In this document: in pieces, positions 31,599 to 40,115 of the stretch
Layout: every line of letters starts with the position of its first letter
How positions within the stretch are numbered: position 1 is the stretch's first letter
Origin: Pseudomonadota bacterium
GTDB lineage: Bacteria; Pseudomonadota; Alphaproteobacteria; Rickettsiales; SXRF01
Assembly (NCBI GenBank): GCA_028873525.1
Contig: JAGWIM010000001.1
Location: 2,068 to 66,067, forward strand
Reading direction: 5' to 3'
DNA: 64,000 bases
Translations under genes and position numbers: made by a program
The notes under the pieces: generated by a model
The model's database searches: none
What the model saw: the letters and a program-made list of their open reading frames with translations, nothing else
What the model was told of the DNA's origin: nothing

Positions 31599-33476
31599 AT
31601 GAGACATTCCTGGACACAGCCGTCGCTCTCGCGTGATTTCGCCCTGCTGGCGACAGCGGTGTTGTTTCTTCTCTGCCTGGTGTCGGCCTGGGTAACTTAT
31701 GCCACCTATGCCCAGTATGGCGCGCGCATCGCCAGCGATCTCGATAAGCAATCCATCCGTATCGAATACGCGCTGGGCGATGAGATGGAAAATGCCAGTT
31801 ACCTGCTGACGGCGCTGGGCAGGGACATCGTTCTCGACCCGGACCGCAACCTGACCGCTCTCGCGCAGATACTTAAATCCTTCGATAGCCGCGAATCGAC
31901 TTACACCCTGTTTTCCTGGGTGACGCCCAAGCATTACCTCGTCATCAGCAGCAGCAAGGGCGTGCTCGATTCTCCCATTGATGTGTCCGACCGTGATTAT
32001 ATTAAAAAAATGACCGAGCCATGGAAAATGGTCATAGGCCAACCGGTCCGGGGGCGCGCCTCGGAGCACTGGGTAATCCCGCTGGCGATGGGACTGACCG
32101 ACAATACCGGCAAATTTATCGGCACGCTTCTGATCAGCATTGATATTCGCGCGCTGGTCGATCACATAGGCGCGCTGGTGCGGCACGACGGGATCAGCTT
32201 TTCCATCGTTAACCGGAGCGCCGCGCTGGAGCCTCTGCTGGCCGGCGACAGCGCCTTCATCAGCCATTATTTTCCGGCGAACATATTGCCGGGAGTCAAC
32301 CTGGCGCAGCACCCCAGCGGTCTCATCGCGCAAGGCAGCCTGTTCCTCGGCACCGGCAATTACGCCTGCTGGCGCGCCCTGCAAAAATACCCTTATGTCG
32401 TGCTGCTGGGCTACGATACGCGCTTCAGCGATAAAATGGTGCGTGGCATGTTGTGGTCGCGCCTGGAGGAATTGCTGTTGATTTCAGGATTCCTGGTGCT
32501 GGTGCTGTGGGTGATCCGCGCGCGGCTGATTAAACCGGTGCAGGATATGACGATGGCGGCGGCGGCAGTGGCGCGCGGCGAAGCCTGCGCGTCGCCGTCC
32601 GGCGGCGGGCCGGTGGAAATCGAAGCGCTGGCGACGCAGATTTACCGCATCAGCGAATATATCAACGAGAGCAAGCGCGTTCACGACGAACTGCACAACA
32701 AAATTTTTACGCTGGGGAAAGCCCGCGCACGCGCCGAGTTGGACAAACGCGGCAAATCGGAATTCGTGGTCTGGATATGCCAGGAATTGCAGACGCCGCT
32801 GACGCATCTTGTCGGCTTCGCGCAGGTGATGAAAGACCAGCTTTACGGCCCCATCGAAAACCGCAAATACCGCCAATATGCCTCCGACATCCACGGCACC
32901 GGAGCCGCAATGCTGGAAACGCTGCACGAGTTGATGACGCTGGCCAAGGCCGAAACCGATACCCTCCGCCTGGTGGAAAAACCGGTGGAACTCGCGGGTG
33001 TCATCAATAAGGCGCTGCGCTTTACCGCCGATAAGCTTGAAGCTGGCAAACTCAACGTCAAGGTAAAATTCCCCGACCCGGCGCCAAGGCTGGTTGCCGA
33101 CGAGTTCCGCCTTCAGCAGATCATCGTCAACCTGCTGCTCTACGCGCTGGGGCAGGCGCGCCCTGAGAGCACGCTGCTGCTGGAGGCGCGCGTCGTCAAT
33201 GAAAACCGTGACAAAACATTTTTCGCGGTGATCATCACTCCAGGCGATGCCCCGCTATCGCCGGAAGAGATGACGGCCATCGCCGAGCGGGCGATGTTCT
33301 CGCCGCATCCGTCGCCGCGTCACGCCGACGAGACGGAGGCAGATTTAAGTCTGGAACTGGCGAAGGCGCTGACTGCGCTGCATCGCGGCGTTATCGATAT
33401 CGTGCGTCTGGCCGATGGCCAGCTTGCCATCGCCGTCCTCTTCGCCGGAAACCGCATTCGTTTCGTGGACGGATGA
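31599..33476 (+). CDS. Cache-domain sensor histidine-kinase homologue with degenerate catalytic motifs (pseudokinase candidate)
   Basis: 625 aa: TM, a periplasmic Cache-like region, TM, then DHp and CA. The H-box reads CQELQTPL (Gln codon at 32781-32783 where His is expected). The N-box reads NLLLYALGQA. No recognisable G1/G2 boxes. Confidence 0.7.
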   Translation: MRHSWTQPSLSRDFALLATAVLFLLCLVSAWVTYATYAQYGARIASDLDKQSIRIEYALGDEMENASYLLTALGRDIVLDPDRNLTALAQILKSFDSRESTYTLFSWVTPKHYLVISSSKGVLDSPIDVSDRDYIKKMTEPWKMVIGQPVRGRASEHWVIPLAMGLTDNTGKFIGTLLISIDIRALVDHIGALVRHDGISFSIVNRSAALEPLLAGDSAFISHYFPANILPGVNLAQHPSGLIAQGSLFLGTGNYACWRALQKYPYVVLLGYDTRFSDKMVRGMLWSRLEELLLISGFLVLVLWVIRARLIKPVQDMTMAAAAVARGEACASPSGGGPVEIEALATQIYRISEYINESKRVHDELHNKIFTLGKARARAELDKRGKSEFVVWICQELQTPLTHLVGFAQVMKDQLYGPIENRKYRQYASDIHGTGAAMLETLHELMTLAKAETDTLRLVEKPVELAGVINKALRFTADKLEAGKLNVKVKFPDPAPRLVADEFRLQQIIVNLLLYALGQARPESTLLLEARVVNENRDKTFFAVIITPGDAPLSPEEMTAIAERAMFSPHPSPRHADETEADLSLELAKALTALHRGVIDIVRLADGQLAIAVLFAGNRIRFVDG

Positions 33477-33583
33477 AATGGCGCGCGGCATCGACCCTTG
33501 CCAGAGCACCGGAAATAATGTGCCTTTTATCGGAAACGCTATTATTTTTTCACGCTCAACGCGGCAGGACATGGACATTCTTG

Positions 33584-34402
33584 TTACCCATGCTCCGCCA
33601 CCGCTGCCGGTGCGGTGACCATATGCAGGCCTATCTCCTGCAGCGCAAATTGCCCGCGTTCGCTTAAGTCAGCGATGAACTTGAACTGCTCGCGCGCTTC
33701 CATGGGGTAGGCTTTGAGCTTGTAATAAAGCCCGAACGGCAAGTGCTTCATGACGACGACGATGGGGCGGTCGAGATGGAGATAGACACTCGTCATCGCC
33801 ACATCGAACAAGGCCTGGCGGGCAAGTGTATTATCGTGATCGGGGTGGACATAAAAGATGGCAAAGCAGAGTAAATCATGCGCGCCGCTGGTGGCGTTGG
33901 AGAGCTGGCCGTGCCAGAGCGTGCTGTGCGGAACGGTGATGTCGTTGGCATCGATGGTGCGGATCAGCACCGTGCGCATACCCAGATGCACGACCTCGCC
34001 ATATGTTTCGCCGATCTGTATCCAGTCACCGACGCGGTAAGGCCGCTCGAACATGAAGATGATTCCGGCGATCAGGCAACTGATGTAATCCTTGATGGCG
34101 AAACCAATGGCCAGTGCCGAAGCGCCGACCAGCGCCAGCACGTTTTCGCGCGTCGGCGTGATGACGATGGGCACAATCATCGATAGCGCTATGAGAATAA
34201 TGACAAGCCGCAGAAACGGAATCCACGGCAGCGCGTAAAACCGCTCATCGGGGCGGAACAGGCCGGTGATGAACGGCACCAGGCGGCGGATAATCTCGTA
34301 GGCGATCCATGCGCCGGCGATAATCGACAGAATATGGATCGGCTCGTAGCCTTCCCATTCGCGCAACATGTCTATCCAATGTTCGGTCATGATGTCCTCC
34401 AT
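33584..34402 (-). CDS. mechanosensitive ion channel (MscS family) protein
   Basis: 272 aa, three N-terminal TM helices, then FERPYRVGDWIQIGETYGEVVHLGMRTVLIRT, typical of the MscS beta-domain. Confidence 0.8.
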   Translation of the reverse strand: MEDIMTEHWIDMLREWEGYEPIHILSIIAGAWIAYEIIRRLVPFITGLFRPDERFYALPWIPFLRLVIILIALSMIVPIVITPTRENVLALVGASALAIGFAIKDYISCLIAGIIFMFERPYRVGDWIQIGETYGEVVHLGMRTVLIRTIDANDITVPHSTLWHGQLSNATSGAHDLLCFAIFYVHPDHDNTLARQALFDVAMTSVYLHLDRPIVVVMKHLPFGLYYKLKAYPMEAREQFKFIADLSERGQFALQEIGLHMVTAPAAVAEHG

Positions 34403-34432
34403 AAATCCTGTAATTACCGAAGATGCTGCACG

Positions 34433-34467
34433 GGATCCTGCGCTGGCGCTTCGCGTCCCGCAGGATT
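34433..34467. repeat. 35-nt REP-like hairpin (same family as 17145-17179)
   Basis: ggatcctgcgctggcgcttcgcgtcccgcaggatt, intergenic between the 260-aa ORF and the MscS gene. Confidence 0.6.
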
Positions 34468-34472
34468 AATGC

Positions 34473-35255
34473 TCAGGCAACCCAAAATTCAACTTTCTCC
34501 AATTGCCTGCGGATACCGGCATAATGCTTCGGGCTAACGCGCCATGCGCCGTCTTCCTCGAAGGCCAGTTGCCGCCCGCGCAGATCGGAGAGCGTCTTGA
34601 ATATCTGCGTGGCGCGGAACGGCAGAAGCTGCGGCAATACGGAAACCACCATACCGTCATGCACCAGCAACGTGTGCAGAACGTACGCCTGCAGGCGTGA
34701 ATCCCTGGCGCGCGGAGTAATGTCGGGAGTGCCGGCGGATTCGGCGCAATGCGCCATCAGCGGCGCGGCGGTGACGGCATCGGGGCAGAGCGAATCCATC
34801 TGTACCGCTTGCCGCAGATATTTCCATGCCCAGGCATCGCAGCCGATGACCAGCCTGCACGGCTTCGCCCACACGGTTTCCACCAAAGCGCGCGCCAATC
34901 GGATTCCCCGGAAATGGCGCAGAAAACAGCGCTCCAAAGAGGGAATAACAAAAATAACATCGCCGGGATTTTGTAATTCTGGCCAAAGCTCGGCGGTTCC
35001 ATTGAGCAAAGTCTCAACAGGCGGCGGCTCGAGCACCCGTGCGCCGCGCTCTTTCGCCCAGCCATGCAGCAACTGCCCGGCGTTGCCGAACAATCCGGCC
35101 ACCGCCTGCGGGAATCCGGCATATGGCGCTTCACCACCCAGGCCGCACATATAGCCATCGAACGCCCGCACCGCCAGCTTCCAGTCGACAGGCGATAACC
35201 GTTCGGACGGCGGATATTGCGCCAGCGGTTTGAACGTCCATGATGATTCGATCAT
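34473..35255 (-). CDS. hypothetical protein
   Basis: 260-aa ORF with host-like composition, preceded by an AT-rich segment (35256-35375). No motif recognised. Confidence 0.45.
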   Translation of the reverse strand: MIESSWTFKPLAQYPPSERLSPVDWKLAVRAFDGYMCGLGGEAPYAGFPQAVAGLFGNAGQLLHGWAKERGARVLEPPPVETLLNGTAELWPELQNPGDVIFVIPSLERCFLRHFRGIRLARALVETVWAKPCRLVIGCDAWAWKYLRQAVQMDSLCPDAVTAAPLMAHCAESAGTPDITPRARDSRLQAYVLHTLLVHDGMVVSVLPQLLPFRATQIFKTLSDLRGRQLAFEEDGAWRVSPKHYAGIRRQLEKVEFWVA

Positions 35256-35598
35256 ATTTTTCTATGCTTCCGAATAGCAACCTATAGTAGAAAAATAAAA
35301 AATCAACTACAAATAAAAGTTGTATATGAACAAGATGTACATATTGTCGGTTGTCTTTATCGGGGAGTGCCAATCCATGAAACCTGCCTTAACCGCCAGT
35401 GCCGTCGCGACGTTGTGCTTTAGCGCGGCGGAAGCCAAACGCCGCGCACGCCCGGCGCTCGGAAACGCGCCAACGCCGATGTGATGACCAGAGCGGCATC
35501 GGGCTTGGCGTTAAACCACTTGATGAAACCAGCCGTCTCTTTTTCCAGGCGGTCATAGGTAGGCGCTTCGTAATGCGCCTTCTCGCGGCCTGTAAGTG

Positions 35599-35675
35599 TG
35601 GCGCACCCGGAGCGACTCGAACGCCCGACCCTCAGATTCGTAGTCTGATGCTCTATCCAACTGAGCTACGGGTGC
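35599..35675 (-). tRNA. tRNA-Arg (anticodon ACG)
   Basis: The reverse complement folds as a cloverleaf: acceptor GCACCCG/CGGGTGC, anticodon stem TCAGA/TCTGA with loop CTACGAA, T-arm GTTCGAGTC, encoded CCA. 77 nt. Confidence 0.9.
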
Positions 35676-35855
35676 AATATACGATTGCCGAATATACCGG
35701 CAAAGGCTTGACGAAGGGTGGAAAGCTAGCCAACGCGCGGCGAAAAGACAAGAGATTTGTTAAAGCGGCGCGCCGGCTTCCCATATCCGCATTGACGGCG
35801 GCGCTCCCATCATTTACCCTTTGGGCATTCGGTTTCAATCATCAGGAGAGTCGTT

Positions 35856-36311
35856 ATGGCATTCCGCACCCGCAGCATTATTATCCCGTTGTTCCTGGCT
35901 TTATGCGCGTTGCCGCCGGCAGCCCGTGCCGACATCGGCTCCGTTGGCGGCCTCGGTCCGACAGATGCCCCTCAGGATGGCGGAAGACATGGCGTCCGCA
36001 CGCCACCCGTCAGCGAAACGCCGCTGCTCGTCATCCGCTTCAACCACTTCGTCTATTTTGAGCGCGCGCTTAAGGAAGCGGTCGACAGCACGCAGCAAGT
36101 CAAGCCCGGCGCGTCGTATCGCCTGGTGAATTCCATTCCCGCCGGCAACAATCCGTCGCAGACCCAGCGCCTCAGCCAGCAGGCACCGGCTAATCTCCAG
36201 GCGGTGACGGACCAGATGAAGGCAGACGGTGTGCCGGAATCGAAGATTCGCGTCGAAACGGTAAGCGGCGACCCGGGCGGCGTTCAGGAAATTGATATTT
36301 TCGTTGAGTAA
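35856..36311 (+). CDS. hypothetical secreted protein
   Basis: 151 aa with a signal-peptide-like N-terminus (MAFRTRSIIIPLFLALCALPPAARA). Confidence 0.45.
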   Translation: MAFRTRSIIIPLFLALCALPPAARADIGSVGGLGPTDAPQDGGRHGVRTPPVSETPLLVIRFNHFVYFERALKEAVDSTQQVKPGASYRLVNSIPAGNNPSQTQRLSQQAPANLQAVTDQMKADGVPESKIRVETVSGDPGGVQEIDIFVE

Positions 36312-36315
36312 GAGA

Positions 36316-36441
36316 TCAACCCTGCCGCGCCTTGAAGCGCGGGTTTTTCTTATTGATGACGTAGACGCGGCCTTTACGGCGCACGACGCGGCAGTTTTTA
36401 TCGCGCTTTTTGGCGCATTTGAGCGAGCTGAGCACTTTCAT
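36316..36441 (-). CDS. rpmJ: 50S ribosomal protein L36
   Basis: Hand translation gives [41 protein letters not shown] (41 aa). Below the ORF-track cut-off. Confidence 0.85.
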   Translation of the reverse strand: MKVLSSLKCAKKRDKNCRVVRRKGRVYVINKKNPRFKARQG

Positions 36442-36471
36442 GGCGGTTTTCCTTACGAATGAGGCGCTTTT

Positions 36472-38385
36472 CTAGCCCGAAACGCGGGCTTCTGTCAACG
36501 GAATTCCTCCTGAACTTTTCTTGAGCCGCAGCAAATCGTCCTCGACGGCGGCGCTGCGGGCGCCGCAGAACAACTCGCCATGCACGGTTTTCTCCCAGAA
36601 ATGCGGTTTTACAATCAGTTGCCATAAGGCCTTGTAGCTGGCCAGGGAATGCAGCAGCAGGTAGAGCGGGTAAAGCAGGGCGGCGGCGGCCATCCGCCGG
36701 CGCGATCTCCGGTAAAACAGGGCGCAAAACAGCGCGGAGTACCATTGGGTGAACAGGCTGAGCAGCAGGTTGGCCGAGGTCAGCCAGCCCAGCCACTGCG
36801 GGAATACCGGGCTATGCCGCATTAATCCGCCCAGCCACAGCAGTGGCAGCGCCCACAGAATCGGCGCGGTCAGGAAGGCAAAGCCCGGCAGGCCGACGAA
36901 ACACTGGAAGCCGAGAAACCCTTTCCAGCCGAGATTGCGCCATAGCTTCCCTGGATGCCGCATATGCACCAGCCAGGTCTGCATGTAACCTTTTATCCAG
37001 CGCGACCGCTGGTTAAGCCATGCCCCCGGCGCACGCGGCGCTTCCTCCATGGTGAAGGAGTCGAGCATGACGGTCTTGAAGCCCTGCGCCGCCAGCCGCG
37101 TGCCGAGGTCGGCGTCTTCGGTGACGTTGAACGGATCCCATTCGCCCAAATCCTTCAGGCGGGCGAGCGATATGTGGTTGCTGGTGCCGCCGAGCGGGAT
37201 GGGAATGCCCAGGCGTTCCAGCCCGTACAGCAGGAAATGAAACAGCACGGTATATTCCAGCGAAAAAAAGCGCGTCAGCCAGTTGTCATCGGCGTTATAG
37301 TAATTCAGCCGCGCCTGCAGGCAAGCGACGTCAGGCGGCAGCGCACGGAACGCCAGCACGGCTTTCTTGAGCTGGAAACGTTCGGGGCGGTCATCGGCAT
37401 CGAACACGGTGACGAACTCGCCGCGCGCGAAACGCAGGGCGTAGTTACAGGCTTTGGGTTTGGTGCGGAGCGCCGACGGCGGCACACGGACGATGTCGAA
37501 ATGATAATGCGGCTTCAGCGCCATCGCGGCGTTGAGCGTTTCCGTATCGTCGGCTTCGATCGCCAGCTTGATGTCGAGCTTGGACGCCGGGTAATCGAGG
37601 CGTTGCATGGCCTCCAGCAGTTTGGGCAGTGACGCCGCCTCGCGGTACATCGGCACCAGCACGGTATAAACCGGCAGCCTGTGCTCGTCGAGCGCCGCCA
37701 ACTGCGGCTGCCAGTCTTTAGCGGGCGGCACGCACATGCCGGTGATAAAAATGCCGCCCTTGAACAACATGGTTGTGCCGTAAACGAGGTGACAAAGCGC
37801 AATCAGCGCCAGTATCACCGCCAGCGGGTGGAAGACGATGCCCGCCGCCGCCAGCGGCAGCAAGGCATAGAGCAGGTGTTTCTGGCGCGGCCACAGCGTC
37901 AAACGCGCCGAGGCCTGCGGCAGGTTTTCCCAGAGCGACAGGCGGCTTACCGTCTCCAGCGCCTGTCCGAACTGCGCCTCCACCGTGCGCCTGATGTCAA
38001 ACGGCGAGGTAATGCCTATGCGCGTGCCGTAGCCGAAGCGGCGCTTTGCCCATGCCGCCACTTCCTCCGATGGTTCACAGGCGGCGATGGTAACGCAGCC
38101 GTTCTGACGCCGCCAGGGGATGGCGCGCAGCCGTAAATAGGTATCGGCCTCGGCCTGATGCAGCAGCGACGGGTCGGGCACATCTTTCAGCAAATCAAGG
38201 AAGGGCAGGCCGTGATGGTCGGCGACGGCGCGGTAGAGCGCCAGGTAACCGGCAGCGCCCTGGCCGATAAGAATATCGCCCAGCCGCCCGCCGCTTTTCT
38301 GCTGGAGCGAGAGCATATGCGCCAACTGCACCTCGGTGATGACGTAGCTTCGCAACAGGATTTCACCCAGCGGCAACGGGCGCAT
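36472..38385 (-). CDS. processive family-2 glycosyltransferase (polysaccharide synthase-like) with an MshEN/GspE-N-like N-terminal domain
   Basis: D,D,D and Q(R/Q)xRW signature (VFDADD, TEDADLG, QRSRW), multiple TM helices, and N-terminal LGEILLRSYVITEVQLAHMLSLQQ...RLGDILIGQG. The ATG at 38385 overlaps the upstream stop (TGATG). The tracked GTG start is at 38400. Confidence 0.7.
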   Translation of the reverse strand: MRPLPLGEILLRSYVITEVQLAHMLSLQQKSGGRLGDILIGQGAAGYLALYRAVADHHGLPFLDLLKDVPDPSLLHQAEADTYLRLRAIPWRRQNGCVTIAACEPSEEVAAWAKRRFGYGTRIGITSPFDIRRTVEAQFGQALETVSRLSLWENLPQASARLTLWPRQKHLLYALLPLAAAGIVFHPLAVILALIALCHLVYGTTMLFKGGIFITGMCVPPAKDWQPQLAALDEHRLPVYTVLVPMYREAASLPKLLEAMQRLDYPASKLDIKLAIEADDTETLNAAMALKPHYHFDIVRVPPSALRTKPKACNYALRFARGEFVTVFDADDRPERFQLKKAVLAFRALPPDVACLQARLNYYNADDNWLTRFFSLEYTVLFHFLLYGLERLGIPIPLGGTSNHISLARLKDLGEWDPFNVTEDADLGTRLAAQGFKTVMLDSFTMEEAPRAPGAWLNQRSRWIKGYMQTWLVHMRHPGKLWRNLGWKGFLGFQCFVGLPGFAFLTAPILWALPLLWLGGLMRHSPVFPQWLGWLTSANLLLSLFTQWYSALFCALFYRRSRRRMAAAALLYPLYLLLHSLASYKALWQLIVKPHFWEKTVHGELFCGARSAAVEDDLLRLKKSSGGIPLTEARVSG

Positions 38386-39200
38386 CAGAACGATCTCCAC
38401 AGCGCGAATAACACGCCGCTGCCGGTGCCGGTGTTTTTTCCCGCCACGTCATCGAAGCCGCCGAACTGGAACGACAGGTCGTTTTGCCAGCGGTACACCG
38501 CCGAGAGCTGGAGCCGCACAAGATCGTAATCGTTGGCCGGCGAATTGGTGAAATCGGCCACATGGGACGCCACCGTGCGCCAGGTCATGAAGGCTTGCGG
38601 CATGACCATCCATCTCGGAGCGACGCCGATGCCGAGCGTACCATTCAGCCTCGCCTGGTCGTGCGGCGCGCCGAAGCGGTGACGGTACTGCGTATCGAGG
38701 TTGGCGAAATGGCTGAGTCCCCAGGCCGAAAAACCATACCCCGCCGACAAGCCAAGCCCGGCATCTGGCGACGACCCGCCCAGCGGCGGCTGCGCGTCCG
38801 AGGGTTCGGGGCTGGGCAGCTTGATCATCGGTTCGGCGGAGACGACAAAGCCGTTTTGCTGCCACAGGCGCGTACGCAGGAAAAATTCGCTGTCGCCAAG
38901 ATTCCAGTTGGTGTGTGACGGGCCGCCCGCCGCGCCATCCTGATGCGCACGGTCGAAGAGCAGGTTGGCGCCGAGGGTAAGGCTGTCGCTAAGTCCATAC
39001 TCCAAATAAGGATTGAGTTCGTATTTGCCGTAATCCGGCTGCGATTGCTTACGGCCCGCGTTATCGAAGTAGCCACCGGCGTTATAAGTGCTGGCGGTGA
39101 TGATGAATAACCCGTTGCCCGCGGCTTGTGTCCACGCGCCGGCCATGGCATCGCAGCTACCCAGGGCAAGAATACATGCGATAGGCGTTACGAAGCGCAT
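38385..39200 (-). CDS. putative outer-membrane beta-barrel protein
   Basis: 271 aa with a signal peptide (MRFVTPIACILALGSCDAMA), alternating amphipathic strands rich in aromatic and Gly residues, and a C-terminal ...LFALWRSF ending in Phe. Confidence 0.55.
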   Translation of the reverse strand: MRFVTPIACILALGSCDAMAGAWTQAAGNGLFIITASTYNAGGYFDNAGRKQSQPDYGKYELNPYLEYGLSDSLTLGANLLFDRAHQDGAAGGPSHTNWNLGDSEFFLRTRLWQQNGFVVSAEPMIKLPSPEPSDAQPPLGGSSPDAGLGLSAGYGFSAWGLSHFANLDTQYRHRFGAPHDQARLNGTLGIGVAPRWMVMPQAFMTWRTVASHVADFTNSPANDYDLVRLQLSAVYRWQNDLSFQFGGFDDVAGKNTGTGSGVLFALWRSF

Positions 39201-39274
39201 ATTTTCCCTCTACGCGGGAGACTGTAGCGAACCGGGGTGGTTGTTTCAAGCGGGGGTGGGTAAAACAGCAAGCC

Positions 39275-40069
39275 TTATTCCAGCCCTTTTAGTTCCAGCA
39301 TCACCTGGTCATCCGTCAAATCCAGCGTGAGCGGCGTGACGGTGACGTAGCCTTCCTGCAGCAAATCGATGTCGGTTCCCGGCGCGTCGGCGCAATCTTC
39401 GCGCTCGCCGCCGATCCAGAAATAGGGGCGCCCCTTGGGGTCGATGCGCCCGGTCAGCCGCACGCTGACCAGCCGCTTGCCCTGGCGGCAGACGCGCACG
39501 CCCTTCACCTCCTCCGGCGGACATTCAGGGAAATTGACGTTGATAACCACGTCCCCCGGCCAGCCGGTCTTTATCAGCTTTTTAATCAGCGGCGGCGCAT
39601 GGCGCTGCGCTGTCCGCCAGTGCATCTTGCCGTTATCGGCGCCGAGCAGGCTGAGGGCGATGGATGGCACGCCGAGTATCGCCCCTTCCATCGCCGCCGC
39701 CACCGTACCCGAATAGGTCACGTCGTCGCCGACATTCGACCCGCGGTTGACGCCGGAGAGGATTAAATGGACGTGGTTCGCGGTTCGAGTCGAGAGTCGC
39801 GTAAGGTTGGTCGCGCGACTCGTACTTGGTATAATCTCCTTCAACCCCAGCAGCACGCAATCGGTCGGCGTGCCGGAGACGGCGAAGCGCCGCGGCGCGA
39901 TTTTCCGCGCGCGCACCGGCAGGTGCAGCGTCAGCGAATGGCTGGCGCCGCTTTGCTCAACCTCCGGCGCCACCACCCACACGTCTTTGGAAAGCGCGCG
40001 GGCGATGTTCTCCAGCACCTTGAGGCCCGGCGCGTGGATGCCGTCGTCGTTGGTAACGAGGATTCTCAT
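39275..40069 (-). CDS. surE: 5'/3'-nucleotidase SurE
   Basis: MRILVTNDDGIHAPG...SGVNRGSNVGDDVTYSGTVAAAMEG. The tracked ORF adds 10 residues (MDPRLRGDDN) read from a palindromic repeat. About 16 extra aa lie before the SGVNRG block. Confidence 0.85.
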   Translation of the reverse strand: MRILVTNDDGIHAPGLKVLENIARALSKDVWVVAPEVEQSGASHSLTLHLPVRARKIAPRRFAVSGTPTDCVLLGLKEIIPSTSRATNLTRLSTRTANHVHLILSGVNRGSNVGDDVTYSGTVAAAMEGAILGVPSIALSLLGADNGKMHWRTAQRHAPPLIKKLIKTGWPGDVVINVNFPECPPEEVKGVRVCRQGKRLVSVRLTGRIDPKGRPYFWIGGEREDCADAPGTDIDLLQEGYVTVTPLTLDLTDDQVMLELKGLE

Positions 40070-40072
40070 GTT

Positions 40073-40097
40073 GTCATCCCCGCGAAGGCGGGGATCC
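40073..40097. repeat. half-element of the GTCATCCCCGCGAAGGCGGGGATCC palindromic family
   Basis: gtcatccccgcgaaggcggggatcc between serS and surE. Confidence 0.6.
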
Positions 40098-40115
40098 ATG
40101 TCCCAGCAAACACAA

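Noticed and set aside
35399-36061. 220-aa plus-strand ORF.
   Set aside because: It runs straight through the tRNA-Arg gene on the opposite strand and overlaps the better-supported signal-peptide ORF at 35856. Its sequence is Arg-rich and low-complexity.
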